Assembly (NCBI GenBank): GCA_018662405.1
Contig: JABJGE010000042.1
Location: forward strand, 2,108 to 66,107
Direction of reading: 5' to 3'
DNA from: Campylobacteraceae bacterium
GTDB lineage: Bacteria > Campylobacterota > Campylobacteria > Campylobacterales > Arcobacteraceae
Length of the DNA stretch: 64,000 nucleotides
Positions 1 through 9,266 of this stretch are shown here, piece by piece. The notes under the pieces were generated by a model that searched no databases, had not been told where the DNA came from, and saw nothing but the letters and a program-made list of their open reading frames with translations. The position numbers and the translations under genes were made by a program. Within the stretch, counting starts at the first letter, position 1. Each line of letters opens with the position of its first letter.

Positions 1-1
1 A

Positions 2-184
2 GACCTTCGAAAGAAAAATTTAGAATTCTCAAAAGATAATATTACTTATAAATTATTATTATTTAGAGCTGAAGCTCAAAGTGTAGATATTGCTATTTAT
101 GAAGATGGTAAGTTTATAAAAGAAGATGAGATGGCATTTGCTCATATTCCTAAAGAATTAAAGAGGCTAGTTAAGCCTCTTTAG
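2..184 (+). CDS. 3' end of an ORF entering from upstream of the window (last ~60 codons only); function unassignable
   Basis: Frame open from the window edge to TAG 182-184 (...DGKFIKEDEMAFAHIPKELKRLVKPL*). An imperfect hairpin aagaggct/agcctctt at 161-181 spans the stop. Confidence 0.3.
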   Translation, partial: DLRKKNLEFSKDNITYKLLLFRAEAQSVDIAIYEDGKFIKEDEMAFAHIPKELKRLVKPL

Positions 185-220
185 TAAATTCGCGTTAAAT
201 TTTGATTTTTGGAATAATGC

Positions 221-763
221 TTAAAATTTGTAGTTAAGACCAATAAATAACGATGTCATTTTTTCAGCTTCTATAGATGCTTCTAATACAGCATTAGTTA
301 ATGAATAAGTACTTGATCCAATAGTTCCAGATTCAGTAGTCGCCACTGTAGAATCAGTTAATTTTGCATTACTTCTACTATGTCTTAAACCTAATTCAAA
401 TGATAAGTTATTATTAATTTGTTTAAGTGCTCCAACTTGAATACCATATTCAGTACCAGTGTTGTTATATCCTAAAACATCTAACTTCCCTTTCCCAATA
501 TGTGCTCCTAAATATGGTTTAAATCCATTTATATTTGAATCTAAAAATCTTTCATAATTTAAAGTAGTTGATTTATAAGATATACCATCAACATCATATA
601 TATCTCCTGATTGTATATAATATCTTGCATTCGTATTAACTATACCAAATTTAAAATTTATATTTGCATCTCTATCTGAATCACTTACGCTAATACTATC
701 ACCGGCAGTATATGATGTCCCATCAACTGTAGCTGAACCAGAAGTTATACCTAATGTAATGTT
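221..763 (-). pseudogene. 5'-truncated outer-membrane beta-barrel protein gene (C-terminal ~180 codons, no start codon or signal peptide)
   Basis: Minus-strand frame is open from 763 to TAA at 221-223. It encodes G/T/S/Y/N-rich alternating beta-strand-like sequence ending ...KMTSLFIGLNYKF*, with the C-terminal aromatic Phe typical of OM barrels. In-frame TAA at 764-766. The first ATG/GTG/TTG is only 41 codons from the end, which explains its absence from the ORF track. Confidence 0.55.
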
Positions 764-956
764 TTATATGAAATTAACTCAACAAGATATGGCAAGAATA
801 CTAGATATAGATGCACGAACACTTAGAAATTGGCGAAAAAATAAGCCGAAATTATATGATATTGTTATGAAAGGTTTTGCTGTGGATAAAGCTATTGATG
901 AGAGCAAGAAGAATTATGAAAATCTTAGGGATATGGTGGGGACTAAAAATAGTTGA
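759..956 (+). CDS. small Cro/XRE-like helix-turn-helix protein
   Basis: 65-aa ORF. MKLTQQDMARILDIDARTLRNWRKN reads as a classic HTH. The real start may be ATG 768. It begins exactly where the truncated barrel frame ends. Confidence 0.55.
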   Translation: MFYMKLTQQDMARILDIDARTLRNWRKNKPKLYDIVMKGFAVDKAIDESKKNYENLRDMVGTKNS

Positions 957-966
957 TTTTTATCTA

Positions 967-995
967 TTGACATAGTAAATATTATTTGATATAAT
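967..995 (+). promoter_or_regulatory. perfect sigma70-type consensus promoter (TTGACA, 17-nt spacer with TGn, TATAAT)
   Basis: ttgaca 967-972, a 17-nt spacer ending in tga (extended -10 TG at 987-988), and tataat 990-995. Confidence 0.6.
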
Positions 996-1001
996 TTATA
1001 T

Positions 1002-1088
1002 GTAACAAAATGAAGTCCTTAGATAAACTGATTATTTATCGTTTAAAGGGATGTTAAAAAGGGCAGGGGTTAAACTCTGCCTTTTTTA
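1002..1088 (+). ncRNA. candidate ~85-nt small RNA (consensus promoter to intrinsic terminator)
   Basis: Bounded by the promoter at 967-995 and the terminator at 1061-1088. Has an internal hairpin GATAAA/TTTATC at about 1022-1040. Contains only a 15-codon ORF (MKSLDKLIIYRLKGC) with no SD. Confidence 0.35.
1061..1088 (+). terminator. rho-independent terminator
   Basis: 8-bp stem GGGCAGGG/CTCTGCCT (two G-U pairs), loop GTTAAA, followed by T6 (1082-1087). Confidence 0.6.
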
Positions 1089-1125
1089 TTAGTGGGAACT
1101 TTATAAGTTAAGCGGTGGAGCTTTT

Positions 1126-1203
1126 ATGAAAGGCTTCATTTTGACAAAGCTAATTATTACCTTTGTAGTGGTTGTGTTTATACTCGTAGTACCACTTTAC
1201 TAA
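1126..1203 (+). CDS. 25-aa hydrophobic single-TM peptide (type I toxin-like or small membrane protein)
   Basis: ATG 1126 is preceded by GGTGGAG 5 nt upstream. Product is MKGFILTKLIITFVVVVFILVVPLY*, too short for the ORF track. Followed by the hairpin at 1214-1234. Confidence 0.45.
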   Translation: MKGFILTKLIITFVVVVFILVVPLY

Positions 1204-1213
1204 ATCTACAATA

Positions 1214-1234
1214 GGGGAAACTAATCATTTCCCC
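1214..1234. terminator. bidirectional hairpin shared by the peptide ORF and the convergent helicase gene
   Basis: GGGGAAA-ctaatca-TTTCCCC. The helicase stop codon (1225-1227) lies in the loop. T-rich sequence follows on the plus strand. Confidence 0.45.
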
Positions 1235-3276
1235 GCTTCTTTTGTTTTACCTACCAATCCTGCTTCTTCTAAAAATGGACTATGTATAAAATCCATCTTT
1301 TTAATTTTGTCATATTTAGCATAGCTTAGGTATAAAATATCTTTTGCCCTTGTAACTGCCACATAAAATAGTCTTCTTTCTTCTTCTAAGCTACCACCTT
1401 TACTCATAAGAGTTCTATTTGGAAATCTACCATCCATAAGATCAATTACATAGACTTCTTTAAATTCTAAACCCTTACTAGCATGAATAGATAATAAGTT
1501 TACACCTTCGCCTTCACTTAGCTCTCCTCCACCTAAAATCATAGCATTTATAAATTTTTGTAGGTTTGTATGATGAGTTGATAGGTGCTTTAATATTTCA
1601 ACTTTTCGTGTCACTTTAAATAAAGCAGTTTTTTTAATCTCTTCATTAATAGATCCATCTTTTTGTTTTGCACGAAGTGTACAAATAGAGTCACAAATAT
1701 CTTTAAAAAATTGATGTTTTTGAATATGAGATATCATAGATTTCGGATTTTTAATTCTTTTTAGTTCTTTTATAATTTTATAAAATTGAAAAAGAAAACT
1801 AGCCGAATCAAGACTTAATTTTGGATGTTTTAAAATTGGATTACTTAAAAAATCTTCATCGAATCCAAGTGGCTTAAATCTTCCTACACTTCCTAATTCT
1901 ATAAAATCATCAAAAAGCCCAAGTTGAACATTTTTAATTTTATCACTTTTGTATGGATTTTTAATCTCTTCATCTGGATACATAAGACCATCTATTAAAC
2001 TTCCATGACCTAATTTAATTAGAGCATCAAAAATTTCTTTTGCTATTGCTTTTCCAATATTTTTACCATATTCTATTAAATGAATAAATGCCATCATATC
2101 ATTATGATTTACCATTAAGACAATCATATCAAGGATTGCTTTTACTTCTCTTGCATCAAAAAAGCTATGACCACCTTTACGCTTTGATTTTATACCAAGA
2201 TCTCTTAGGTTTGCTTCTATACCATCTGCTGTTGAATTATTTCTATATATAATAGCAATCTCTTCATGTGGAGTTTGTGTTTTTAAAATATTGTGTGCAA
2301 TATAATCATATTGATCATAAAGCTCACTAAATGTTAAAAGTTTTGGATTGTAATTAGGCTCGGTTCTTACAACTTCTAATTTTTTTTCATACAATCTATC
2401 ATTATTTTTTATTACTTTTGTTGCAAGAGAAAGAATAGGGGCTGTAGATCTATAGTTCTTATTTAGAGTGAATACTTTTGTATTTTCATATCTCGTGGCA
2501 AATGATGAGATAATACCTATATCTGAGCCATTAAATGCATAAATACTTTGATCATAATCACCAACACAAAATAAACTATTTGATTTAAATGCATTAAGAA
2601 GTTTACCCTGTAATGGATTTGTATCTTGATATTCATCTACAAGTATCTCATCAAAAGTAAAATTATGTTTTGAGAGTTCTTTAATCATTAATAATAATAA
2701 ATCATCAAAATTTACATAGCCATATTGTAGTTTTAATTTATCAAATTCGTCTATTACATCTTGATATATTAGTGTATATTTTTTTTGATCTTCATTTTTA
2801 TTTCCAATCCATTGTTCGAAATTTTCATCATAAGTACTATTTAAAAATAAAGAATATAAATCATACAAATAGTTTCCATCATATGGTGGTGACTTTTCAT
2901 CAAATTCTGGAAATACTCGTTTTTCATAAATTGATTTAAAAAGTGTTTTTAATTCTCTTGGACTTTTTAGTGTTATTTTTATATTTAATTGTTTTAATAA
3001 TTTATAACTAACACTATGAAATGTACCTGACATAATAGCTTTTGCTGTTGTTTCTCCAAAGTACTTTGCTACTCTTGCTATCATTTCTGCAGCTGCTTTA
3101 TTTGTAAAGGTTAAAAGTAAGATGTTTTCTGGTTTTGAGCCTGTATTTAAAAGATGAGCAATTCTTCCTACAATAGTAGATGTTTTACCTGTACCAGCAC
3201 TAGCAATAATTAGATTATTTCCATTTTGACAAGTTGCTGAGTTAAGTTGTTCTGTATTTAGATTTTTTAATGGCAT
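1225..3276 (-). CDS. UvrD/PcrA/Rep-family SF1 DNA helicase
   Basis: 683 aa. Motifs: ASAGTGKTST (Walker A), LVDEYQDTN (II), VGDYDQSIYAFNGS (III), IHASKGLEFKEVYVI (V), FYVAVTRAKD (VI). Confidence 0.9.
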   Translation of the reverse strand: MPLKNLNTEQLNSATCQNGNNLIIASAGTGKTSTIVGRIAHLLNTGSKPENILLLTFTNKAAAEMIARVAKYFGETTAKAIMSGTFHSVSYKLLKQLNIKITLKSPRELKTLFKSIYEKRVFPEFDEKSPPYDGNYLYDLYSLFLNSTYDENFEQWIGNKNEDQKKYTLIYQDVIDEFDKLKLQYGYVNFDDLLLLMIKELSKHNFTFDEILVDEYQDTNPLQGKLLNAFKSNSLFCVGDYDQSIYAFNGSDIGIISSFATRYENTKVFTLNKNYRSTAPILSLATKVIKNNDRLYEKKLEVVRTEPNYNPKLLTFSELYDQYDYIAHNILKTQTPHEEIAIIYRNNSTADGIEANLRDLGIKSKRKGGHSFFDAREVKAILDMIVLMVNHNDMMAFIHLIEYGKNIGKAIAKEIFDALIKLGHGSLIDGLMYPDEEIKNPYKSDKIKNVQLGLFDDFIELGSVGRFKPLGFDEDFLSNPILKHPKLSLDSASFLFQFYKIIKELKRIKNPKSMISHIQKHQFFKDICDSICTLRAKQKDGSINEEIKKTALFKVTRKVEILKHLSTHHTNLQKFINAMILGGGELSEGEGVNLLSIHASKGLEFKEVYVIDLMDGRFPNRTLMSKGGSLEEERRLFYVAVTRAKDILYLSYAKYDKIKKMDFIHSPFLEEAGLVGKTKEAGK

Positions 3277-3329
3277 TAATTATAAGGGAAGATTAAAGCA
3301 ATAAGAAAAGAATCTTATTGCTTTTTGTA

Positions 3330-5267
3330 TTATGCTAGATAATTAGCTATATTTTGAGAAAGTTGTTCTTTAGTGAATCCGAATTTTTCAAATAATTCAT
3401 TCGCTGGTCCACTTTCACCAAATCCAGTCATACCAATAACATGATCAGCAAATTTATAGTATTCCATAGCTGTTGCCATTTCAACTGCAATTACAGTATG
3501 TGATGGATTAATAATAGTATCAATATATTCTTTATCTTGTTCACATAAAAGATCAAAACAAGGAACAGATACGATATTACATTTAATACCTTTATCTTCA
3601 AGTACACATGCAGTTTGTAAACATAACATAACTTCACTACCAGAAGCCATAAGTGTTACTGTTGCATCATCTCTTTGTGTTAATAAATATCCACCATTTG
3701 ATACATCACCATGTACTTTTGTAGGCTTTAATGTTTTTAACTTTTGTCTTGAACATACAAATGCAGTAGGTGCTGACATAGTTAATGCTTTTTCCCAACA
3801 TTTTACATTTTCAGTAGCATCAGCAGGTCTAAATGTATAAAAGTTTGGAATTGCTCTAAATTGAGATAATTGTTCAATTGGTTGATGTGTAGCACCATCT
3901 TCACCAACACCAATAGAATCATGTGTCCATACAAAATGTTGAGGAATATTTGCTAATGCAGCAACTCTAGCAGCTGGTTTTAAATAATCACTAAAGATAA
4001 AGAATGTAGCAGAAAATACTCTGTATAAACCATATAAGTTCATTGCATTTGCCATTGCTGCCATTGAGTGTTCTTTAATTCCAAAATGGATATTTCTACC
4101 TTTTGGAAAATCACCAAGACCAGTTAATTCAGTTTTATTTGAAGGTGCAAGGTCAGCACTTCCACCTAAAAATGATGGTACAGCTTTTGCAATTGCATTT
4201 AAAATTTTATGATTTGAATCTCTTGTTGCAATCTCAGCAGTTTCACTAAAATCTGGATATTGAACTTTTGAATAATCAGGATTTAAAAGAGCATTTAAAG
4301 TTTCATTTTGTTCACTTAAAGGTAAATCTTTTCTAACAAGTTTACCCCAAGCTTTACTTTGTAATGCACCAGTTTCAGTTTTATCAAATGCTGCTTTAAC
4401 TTCAGCTGGAACTACAAATGATTCTTCTGGATTAAATCCTGCTTTAGCTTTTGAAGCTGCTAATTCATCATTACCTAAAGGAGCACCATGTGTATGGTGG
4501 CTTCCTTCCATAGTAGCAGCACCTTTACCAATAGCAGTTTTAGCTATGATTAAAGTCGGGTTAGAAGACGTTCTTGAAGAAGTTAATGCATTTTCAATAG
4601 CATCAAAATCATGACCATCAATAGTAATAACATCAAAATTAATAGCTTCAAATCTTGTCTTTACATCTTCACTCCATGCAATTGAGATATCACCTTCAAT
4701 TGTAATGTCATTTGAATCATAGATTAATGTCATATTAGAAAGATTTTGGTGACCTGCAGTTGAAAGTGCTTCATAAGAGATACCTTCTTGTAGATCTCCA
4801 TCTCCACATAAACAATATACATGATGATCAATTACATCTGTATGCTGAGTATTTAAAGAAAATGAAGCATATTTTGAAGCCATAGCGAAACCTACAGCAT
4901 TAGCAATACCTTGTCCTAAAGGACCAGTAGTAATTTCTACTCCATGTGTATGACCAAATTCAGGATGACCTGGAGTTTTTGATCCAGTTTGTCTAAATTG
5001 TTTAATATCTTCAATTGTTACATTAAATCCCCAAAGGTGTAATAATGAATATACCATACTTGAAGCATGACCACCTGAGAATACTAATCTATCTCTATTT
5101 AACCATGAAGAATTTGCTGGATCAAGTTTTAAATGTTTGCTTAATACAGTAACAATATCAGCCATACCCATAGGTGCACCTGGGTGTCCAGAGTTTGCTT
5201 TTTGTACCATATCTGCAGCTAAAAATCTAATTGTATCTGCTTGTTTTTGTAAAAGTGTATTTGACAT
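3330..5267 (-). CDS. tkt: transketolase
   Basis: 645 aa. ThDP-binding motifs GHPGAPMGMADI and CGDGDLQEGISYEA. Confidence 0.95.
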   Translation of the reverse strand: MSNTLLQKQADTIRFLAADMVQKANSGHPGAPMGMADIVTVLSKHLKLDPANSSWLNRDRLVFSGGHASSMVYSLLHLWGFNVTIEDIKQFRQTGSKTPGHPEFGHTHGVEITTGPLGQGIANAVGFAMASKYASFSLNTQHTDVIDHHVYCLCGDGDLQEGISYEALSTAGHQNLSNMTLIYDSNDITIEGDISIAWSEDVKTRFEAINFDVITIDGHDFDAIENALTSSRTSSNPTLIIAKTAIGKGAATMEGSHHTHGAPLGNDELAASKAKAGFNPEESFVVPAEVKAAFDKTETGALQSKAWGKLVRKDLPLSEQNETLNALLNPDYSKVQYPDFSETAEIATRDSNHKILNAIAKAVPSFLGGSADLAPSNKTELTGLGDFPKGRNIHFGIKEHSMAAMANAMNLYGLYRVFSATFFIFSDYLKPAARVAALANIPQHFVWTHDSIGVGEDGATHQPIEQLSQFRAIPNFYTFRPADATENVKCWEKALTMSAPTAFVCSRQKLKTLKPTKVHGDVSNGGYLLTQRDDATVTLMASGSEVMLCLQTACVLEDKGIKCNIVSVPCFDLLCEQDKEYIDTIINPSHTVIAVEMATAMEYYKFADHVIGMTGFGESGPANELFEKFGFTKEQLSQNIANYLA

Positions 5268-5275
5268 TTTAATAC

Positions 5276-5836
5276 CTATTTAACTTTCTCTGTATATTCA
5301 CCAGTTCTAGTATCACATTTAACCATGTCACCTTCAACAATATGGAATGGAACTTGAACAACTGCACCACATTCTAAAGTAGCAGGTTTTTTACCACCTT
5401 GAGAATCACCTTTAAAGTTTGGTGGAGTTTCAACAACTTTCATATTTACAGAAAGGGGTGCTTCAACTGTGATTGCCTCACCTTTAAAGAACATCATATC
5501 TACATTCATACCATCAATAATCCATTTTTCTGTATCACCAACTTGTTCATAAGTAAGTCCAATTTGATCATAAGTAGAAGTATCCATAAATTGAAGCATC
5601 TCACCATCATCATATAAAAACTGCATAGTTTTTTGTTCTAAATCAGGAGTTCCAAATTTATCACCAGCATGGAAAGTTTTTTCAATTGTTTTCCCGTTTA
5701 GGTAGTTCCAAATTTTACATCTAACAAATGCAGCACCTTTACCTGGTTTTACATGTGCGTAATCTGTAATCTTGTATGGAATACCATCAACTTCAATCTT
5801 TAAACCTTTTTTTAAATCACTCATTCCTAATGCCAT
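5276..5836 (-). CDS. efp: elongation factor P
   Basis: EF-P-like sequence ([15 protein letters not shown]). Start placed at ATG 5834-5836 ([11 protein letters not shown]) behind an AAGGGG SD. The longer track ORF (to 5866) would overlap serA. Confidence 0.9.
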   Translation of the reverse strand: MALGMSDLKKGLKIEVDGIPYKITDYAHVKPGKGAAFVRCKIWNYLNGKTIEKTFHAGDKFGTPDLEQKTMQFLYDDGEMLQFMDTSTYDQIGLTYEQVGDTEKWIIDGMNVDMMFFKGEAITVEAPLSVNMKVVETPPNFKGDSQGGKKPATLECGAVVQVPFHIVEGDMVKCDTRTGEYTEKVK

Positions 5837-5847
5837 AATAATACCCC

Positions 5848-7434
5848 TTATATTTTTACGAAGCAAACAGATGTTGCTGCTTCTAAATTTTCTAATTTTG
5901 TAAGTGTTTCTTTTGTCACTTCATTATCTACTAAGATTACTGCTAATGCTCCAGCATCATTTCGACCTAATCTAAAGTCAGAAATATTAATGCTACTATC
6001 ACCAAGAGTTTTACCAACTTCTCCAATTACACCTGGTATATCAGAGTTTGTTACTAAAATCATTTTTCCAGATGGTTCAATATCCATTATAAAGTTATTA
6101 ATTGCAATAATTCTTTGTACATCTTCATTAAAGATTGTACCACTTACACTGTTTACACCATTTGTTGTAGTAATTTTAACAGTTACTTTATTTTTATATC
6201 CACTATTATTTGCTACTTTTGAAGCATCTAATTTAATATTCTTTTCATCTGCTATAAATGTAGCATTTACATAGTTTATTTTTTCATTACTAAGAGCAGT
6301 TGTAAGTGCTCCTACAGTTGCAAATGTATTAAGAGAATCAAGGTAATCACCAATTTCACCTTCTGCCTCAATTTTAATTGATTTTATAGCTGATTTATCC
6401 ATTTGAGCAATTAAGAATGCCATTTTTTGAGTTAACTCTAAATAAGGCTTTACAAATGCTGGAATTTTTGATTCATCAATTGGTAAATTTAATGCATGAG
6501 GATAACCAATACCTCTAGCTGCTTCTATTGCATTTTCAGCTGCTTGAGTTGCAATTTTCAATTGTGATTCTACTGTATTTGCTCCTAAATGAGCTGTAAC
6601 AATAATATTTGGTAAATCTAATAATGGATTATCTATAGCAGGCTCCTTATTGAATACATCAATACCAGCCATTGCAATTTTACCAGATTGTAAATTATTA
6701 AATAGTGCTTTTTCGTCATAAAGACCACCTCTAGCACAGTTTATTAAAATAACACCATCTTTCATTTTTGCAATTTCTTCTTCACTAATCATACCAAGAG
6801 TTTCTTCGTTTTTTGGCGTATGTATAGTAATGATGTCACAATCTAAAATATCATCAAAGTTTGTAGTATATGTTACATCTAAATCAGTTGCTTTACTAGA
6901 GTCAATATATGGGTCATATGTAACTACATTCATCTCGAAACCTTTTGCTCTTAATGCAACTCTATGTCCAATATTACCAAACCCAATAACACCTAGTTTT
7001 TTGCCAAATAATTCTTGACCATACCAGTCTTCTCTTTTCCAAATTCTTTGATCTTTAAGTTGAGCATGAGCATAAGGCATTTTTCTCATACAAGAAAGCA
7101 TATGTGTCATTGTAAGTTCAGTAGCAGCTAATGTATTTGCAGTTGGAACATTCATAGCAATTACACCTTGCTTGCTACATCCTTCCATATCTACATTATC
7201 ATATCCAACACCTGCACGTACTACTGCTTTTAAATTTGTAGCAGCATCTAAGAACTTTTGATCTACATCTGTAGAGCTTCTTGTAATACAAACATCAGCA
7301 TCCTTTATTACATCTAATAATGCTATTTTATCAATATCTGCAGCATAAACATAGTTAATATCGCTAGTAGTTTTTAAAATCTCTAAACCACTTTCGTGGA
7401 TATGGTCACATACAACAACTGTGTGTTTACTCAT
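5848..7434 (-). CDS. serA: D-3-phosphoglycerate dehydrogenase (long form with C-terminal ACT-type regulatory domain)
   Basis: 528 aa. NAD-binding [12 protein letters not shown], the 2-hydroxyacid dehydrogenase core, and a long C-terminal extension. Confidence 0.9.
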   Translation of the reverse strand: MSKHTVVVCDHIHESGLEILKTTSDINYVYAADIDKIALLDVIKDADVCITRSSTDVDQKFLDAATNLKAVVRAGVGYDNVDMEGCSKQGVIAMNVPTANTLAATELTMTHMLSCMRKMPYAHAQLKDQRIWKREDWYGQELFGKKLGVIGFGNIGHRVALRAKGFEMNVVTYDPYIDSSKATDLDVTYTTNFDDILDCDIITIHTPKNEETLGMISEEEIAKMKDGVILINCARGGLYDEKALFNNLQSGKIAMAGIDVFNKEPAIDNPLLDLPNIIVTAHLGANTVESQLKIATQAAENAIEAARGIGYPHALNLPIDESKIPAFVKPYLELTQKMAFLIAQMDKSAIKSIKIEAEGEIGDYLDSLNTFATVGALTTALSNEKINYVNATFIADEKNIKLDASKVANNSGYKNKVTVKITTTNGVNSVSGTIFNEDVQRIIAINNFIMDIEPSGKMILVTNSDIPGVIGEVGKTLGDSSINISDFRLGRNDAGALAVILVDNEVTKETLTKLENLEAATSVCFVKI

Positions 7435-7510
7435 AATGGTTCCTTGTGTGAAAATTTATTTTTAAGTTTTATATTAAACTAAAAATAAGTATATATGTTT
7501 AGTTTAATAT

Positions 7511-7538
7511 AAATAGTGACGAAGGTTCGTCACTATTT
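7511..7538 (-). terminator. rpsA terminator hairpin
   Basis: Perfect inverted repeat atagtgacgaa/ttcgtcactat (7513-7523 and 7526-7536), immediately downstream of the rpsA stop at 7550. Confidence 0.55.
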
Positions 7539-7549
7539 GTAAGTTTTGA

Positions 7550-9208
7550 TTATTTTCTTAATTTGTCTTTTAGTGCATCACCAAAAGTCATTGAAGTATC
7601 ATCATTAACAGTTTTTAATAATTCTCTTTCTTGTTGAGATTCTAATCTTTTAATTGATAATCTAATTTTATTTCTTTGAGTATCGATATTTACGATAACT
7701 GCTTCAATCTCATCACCAACATTAGCTTCATCTTTTTCGAATGGTCCGAAATCTTCAGTTCTAACTAGTGCATCAATTTTATCAGTAATTTTTACAAACA
7801 TACCGAATTCTTTGAAGTCTTTAATTGTAGCTTTTACAATAGATCCTACTGGGTTAGCATCTTGGAATGCTTTTACTGGAGAATCAGTTAAGCTTTTTGT
7901 GCTTAAAGAAATATTTTCTTTATCTCTATCAATTCTAATAATTTTAACTTCAACTTCATCACCTTTTTTGTAAAGATCTTTACAGTTTGAGTTATTATCC
8001 CAGCTAGCTTCTTCATTATGTAATAGTCCGTCAACTTCACCTAAATTAATAAATGCACCAAAGTCAGTAACAGTTACAACTGTACCAGTCATTACATCAC
8101 CAGCTTTATGAGTTGCTGTGAAGTTTTCAAATGGTTTTGGAAGTAAAGATTTTAAAGAAACTCTTAATCTTCTTTTATCAGCATCTAATTCAAGAACTTG
8201 AACATTAATCTCATCACCAATTGTTAATACGTCTTTAGGGTTTTTAAGATTTTTGTTCCATGAAATTTCAGAAATATGAAGAAGACCTTCTACATCATTT
8301 CCTAAATCTACAAATGCACCATAAGATTCAAAATTAGAAACAGTAACACCAATTGTATCACCAGCTTCTAATTGATCTCTCATTTCATCCCAAGGATTAG
8401 AAAGACAAGCTTTAATAGATAAAGAGATATGACCTTTTTTATCATCATATCTTAGGACTTTAACTTCTACATGATCACCTTCTTTGTAATAAGAAGAAGG
8501 ATTTACAGGACCTTTGTAAGATATTTCATTATAGTTACATAAACCATCAATACCACCAAGGTCAATAAACATACCATAGCTAGTAATCTTTTTAATTGTT
8601 CCAACTACAGGCTTGTCTTCTGCCATGATTTTTTTGATTGTTTCTTCTTTTAATGCTTGTTTTGCTTCAATAAGAACTTTTCTAGAAATTACAATAGAGT
8701 TTTGTTCAGCATTTACTTTTAATACTTTTGCTTCAACTTTTTTACCAAGTGCATTATCAGCTTTTAAATAACCATGTCCCATTGGCATGAAGTATTCTAA
8801 ACCATTATCATCTTTAACAGTGAATCCAGCTCTTTTTTTAACATAAGTAACTACACCGTTAACAATAACGTTTTCTGGCTCTTCTCCATGTTCTTTAAAG
8901 AATGCATCTACAAGTTCTTTTTGTAAAACTTTTTGATGTGAAATTGAAGGTCTTTCCCCTCTAAATCCACTCATCATCACTGGTAAAGTATCACCAACGT
9001 TGTATTTTAATTCACCGTCAGCTGTTTTGATTTCAGAAAGATTAATTGAACCTTCGATCTTTTGACCTACATCAACTAAAACATTATCTTCATTAATCTC
9101 AACGATTACACCATCTACTACAGTATTAGTTTGTGTCTTTTTTTCACTCTCCTCAAACATTGCTGCGAAGTTTTCATCTTCACCTATTTCTATATCTTCA
9201 ATTCTCAT
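7550..9208 (-). CDS. rpsA: 30S ribosomal protein S1
   Basis: 552 aa built of repeated S1/OB modules (GxxVxGxVxxxxxFGAFVDLG-type repeats). Confidence 0.95.
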   Translation of the reverse strand: MRIEDIEIGEDENFAAMFEESEKKTQTNTVVDGVIVEINEDNVLVDVGQKIEGSINLSEIKTADGELKYNVGDTLPVMMSGFRGERPSISHQKVLQKELVDAFFKEHGEEPENVIVNGVVTYVKKRAGFTVKDDNGLEYFMPMGHGYLKADNALGKKVEAKVLKVNAEQNSIVISRKVLIEAKQALKEETIKKIMAEDKPVVGTIKKITSYGMFIDLGGIDGLCNYNEISYKGPVNPSSYYKEGDHVEVKVLRYDDKKGHISLSIKACLSNPWDEMRDQLEAGDTIGVTVSNFESYGAFVDLGNDVEGLLHISEISWNKNLKNPKDVLTIGDEINVQVLELDADKRRLRVSLKSLLPKPFENFTATHKAGDVMTGTVVTVTDFGAFINLGEVDGLLHNEEASWDNNSNCKDLYKKGDEVEVKIIRIDRDKENISLSTKSLTDSPVKAFQDANPVGSIVKATIKDFKEFGMFVKITDKIDALVRTEDFGPFEKDEANVGDEIEAVIVNIDTQRNKIRLSIKRLESQQERELLKTVNDDTSMTFGDALKDKLRK

Positions 9209-9266
9209 TGTTTCCCTTTTTACGTATACGTATTAATATTAAGGGTTGATTGTATCTAAAATATGC

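Noticed and set aside
5837-5866. N-terminal extension of efp
   Set aside because: It overlaps the serA stop. ATG 5836 has an SD and gives the normal EF-P length.
9222-9233. 12-bp palindrome tacgtatacgta in the rpsA 5' UTR as a regulatory site
   Set aside because: It is a short, simple-sequence palindrome. On its own it is not enough to call an operator or an S1 autoregulatory structure.
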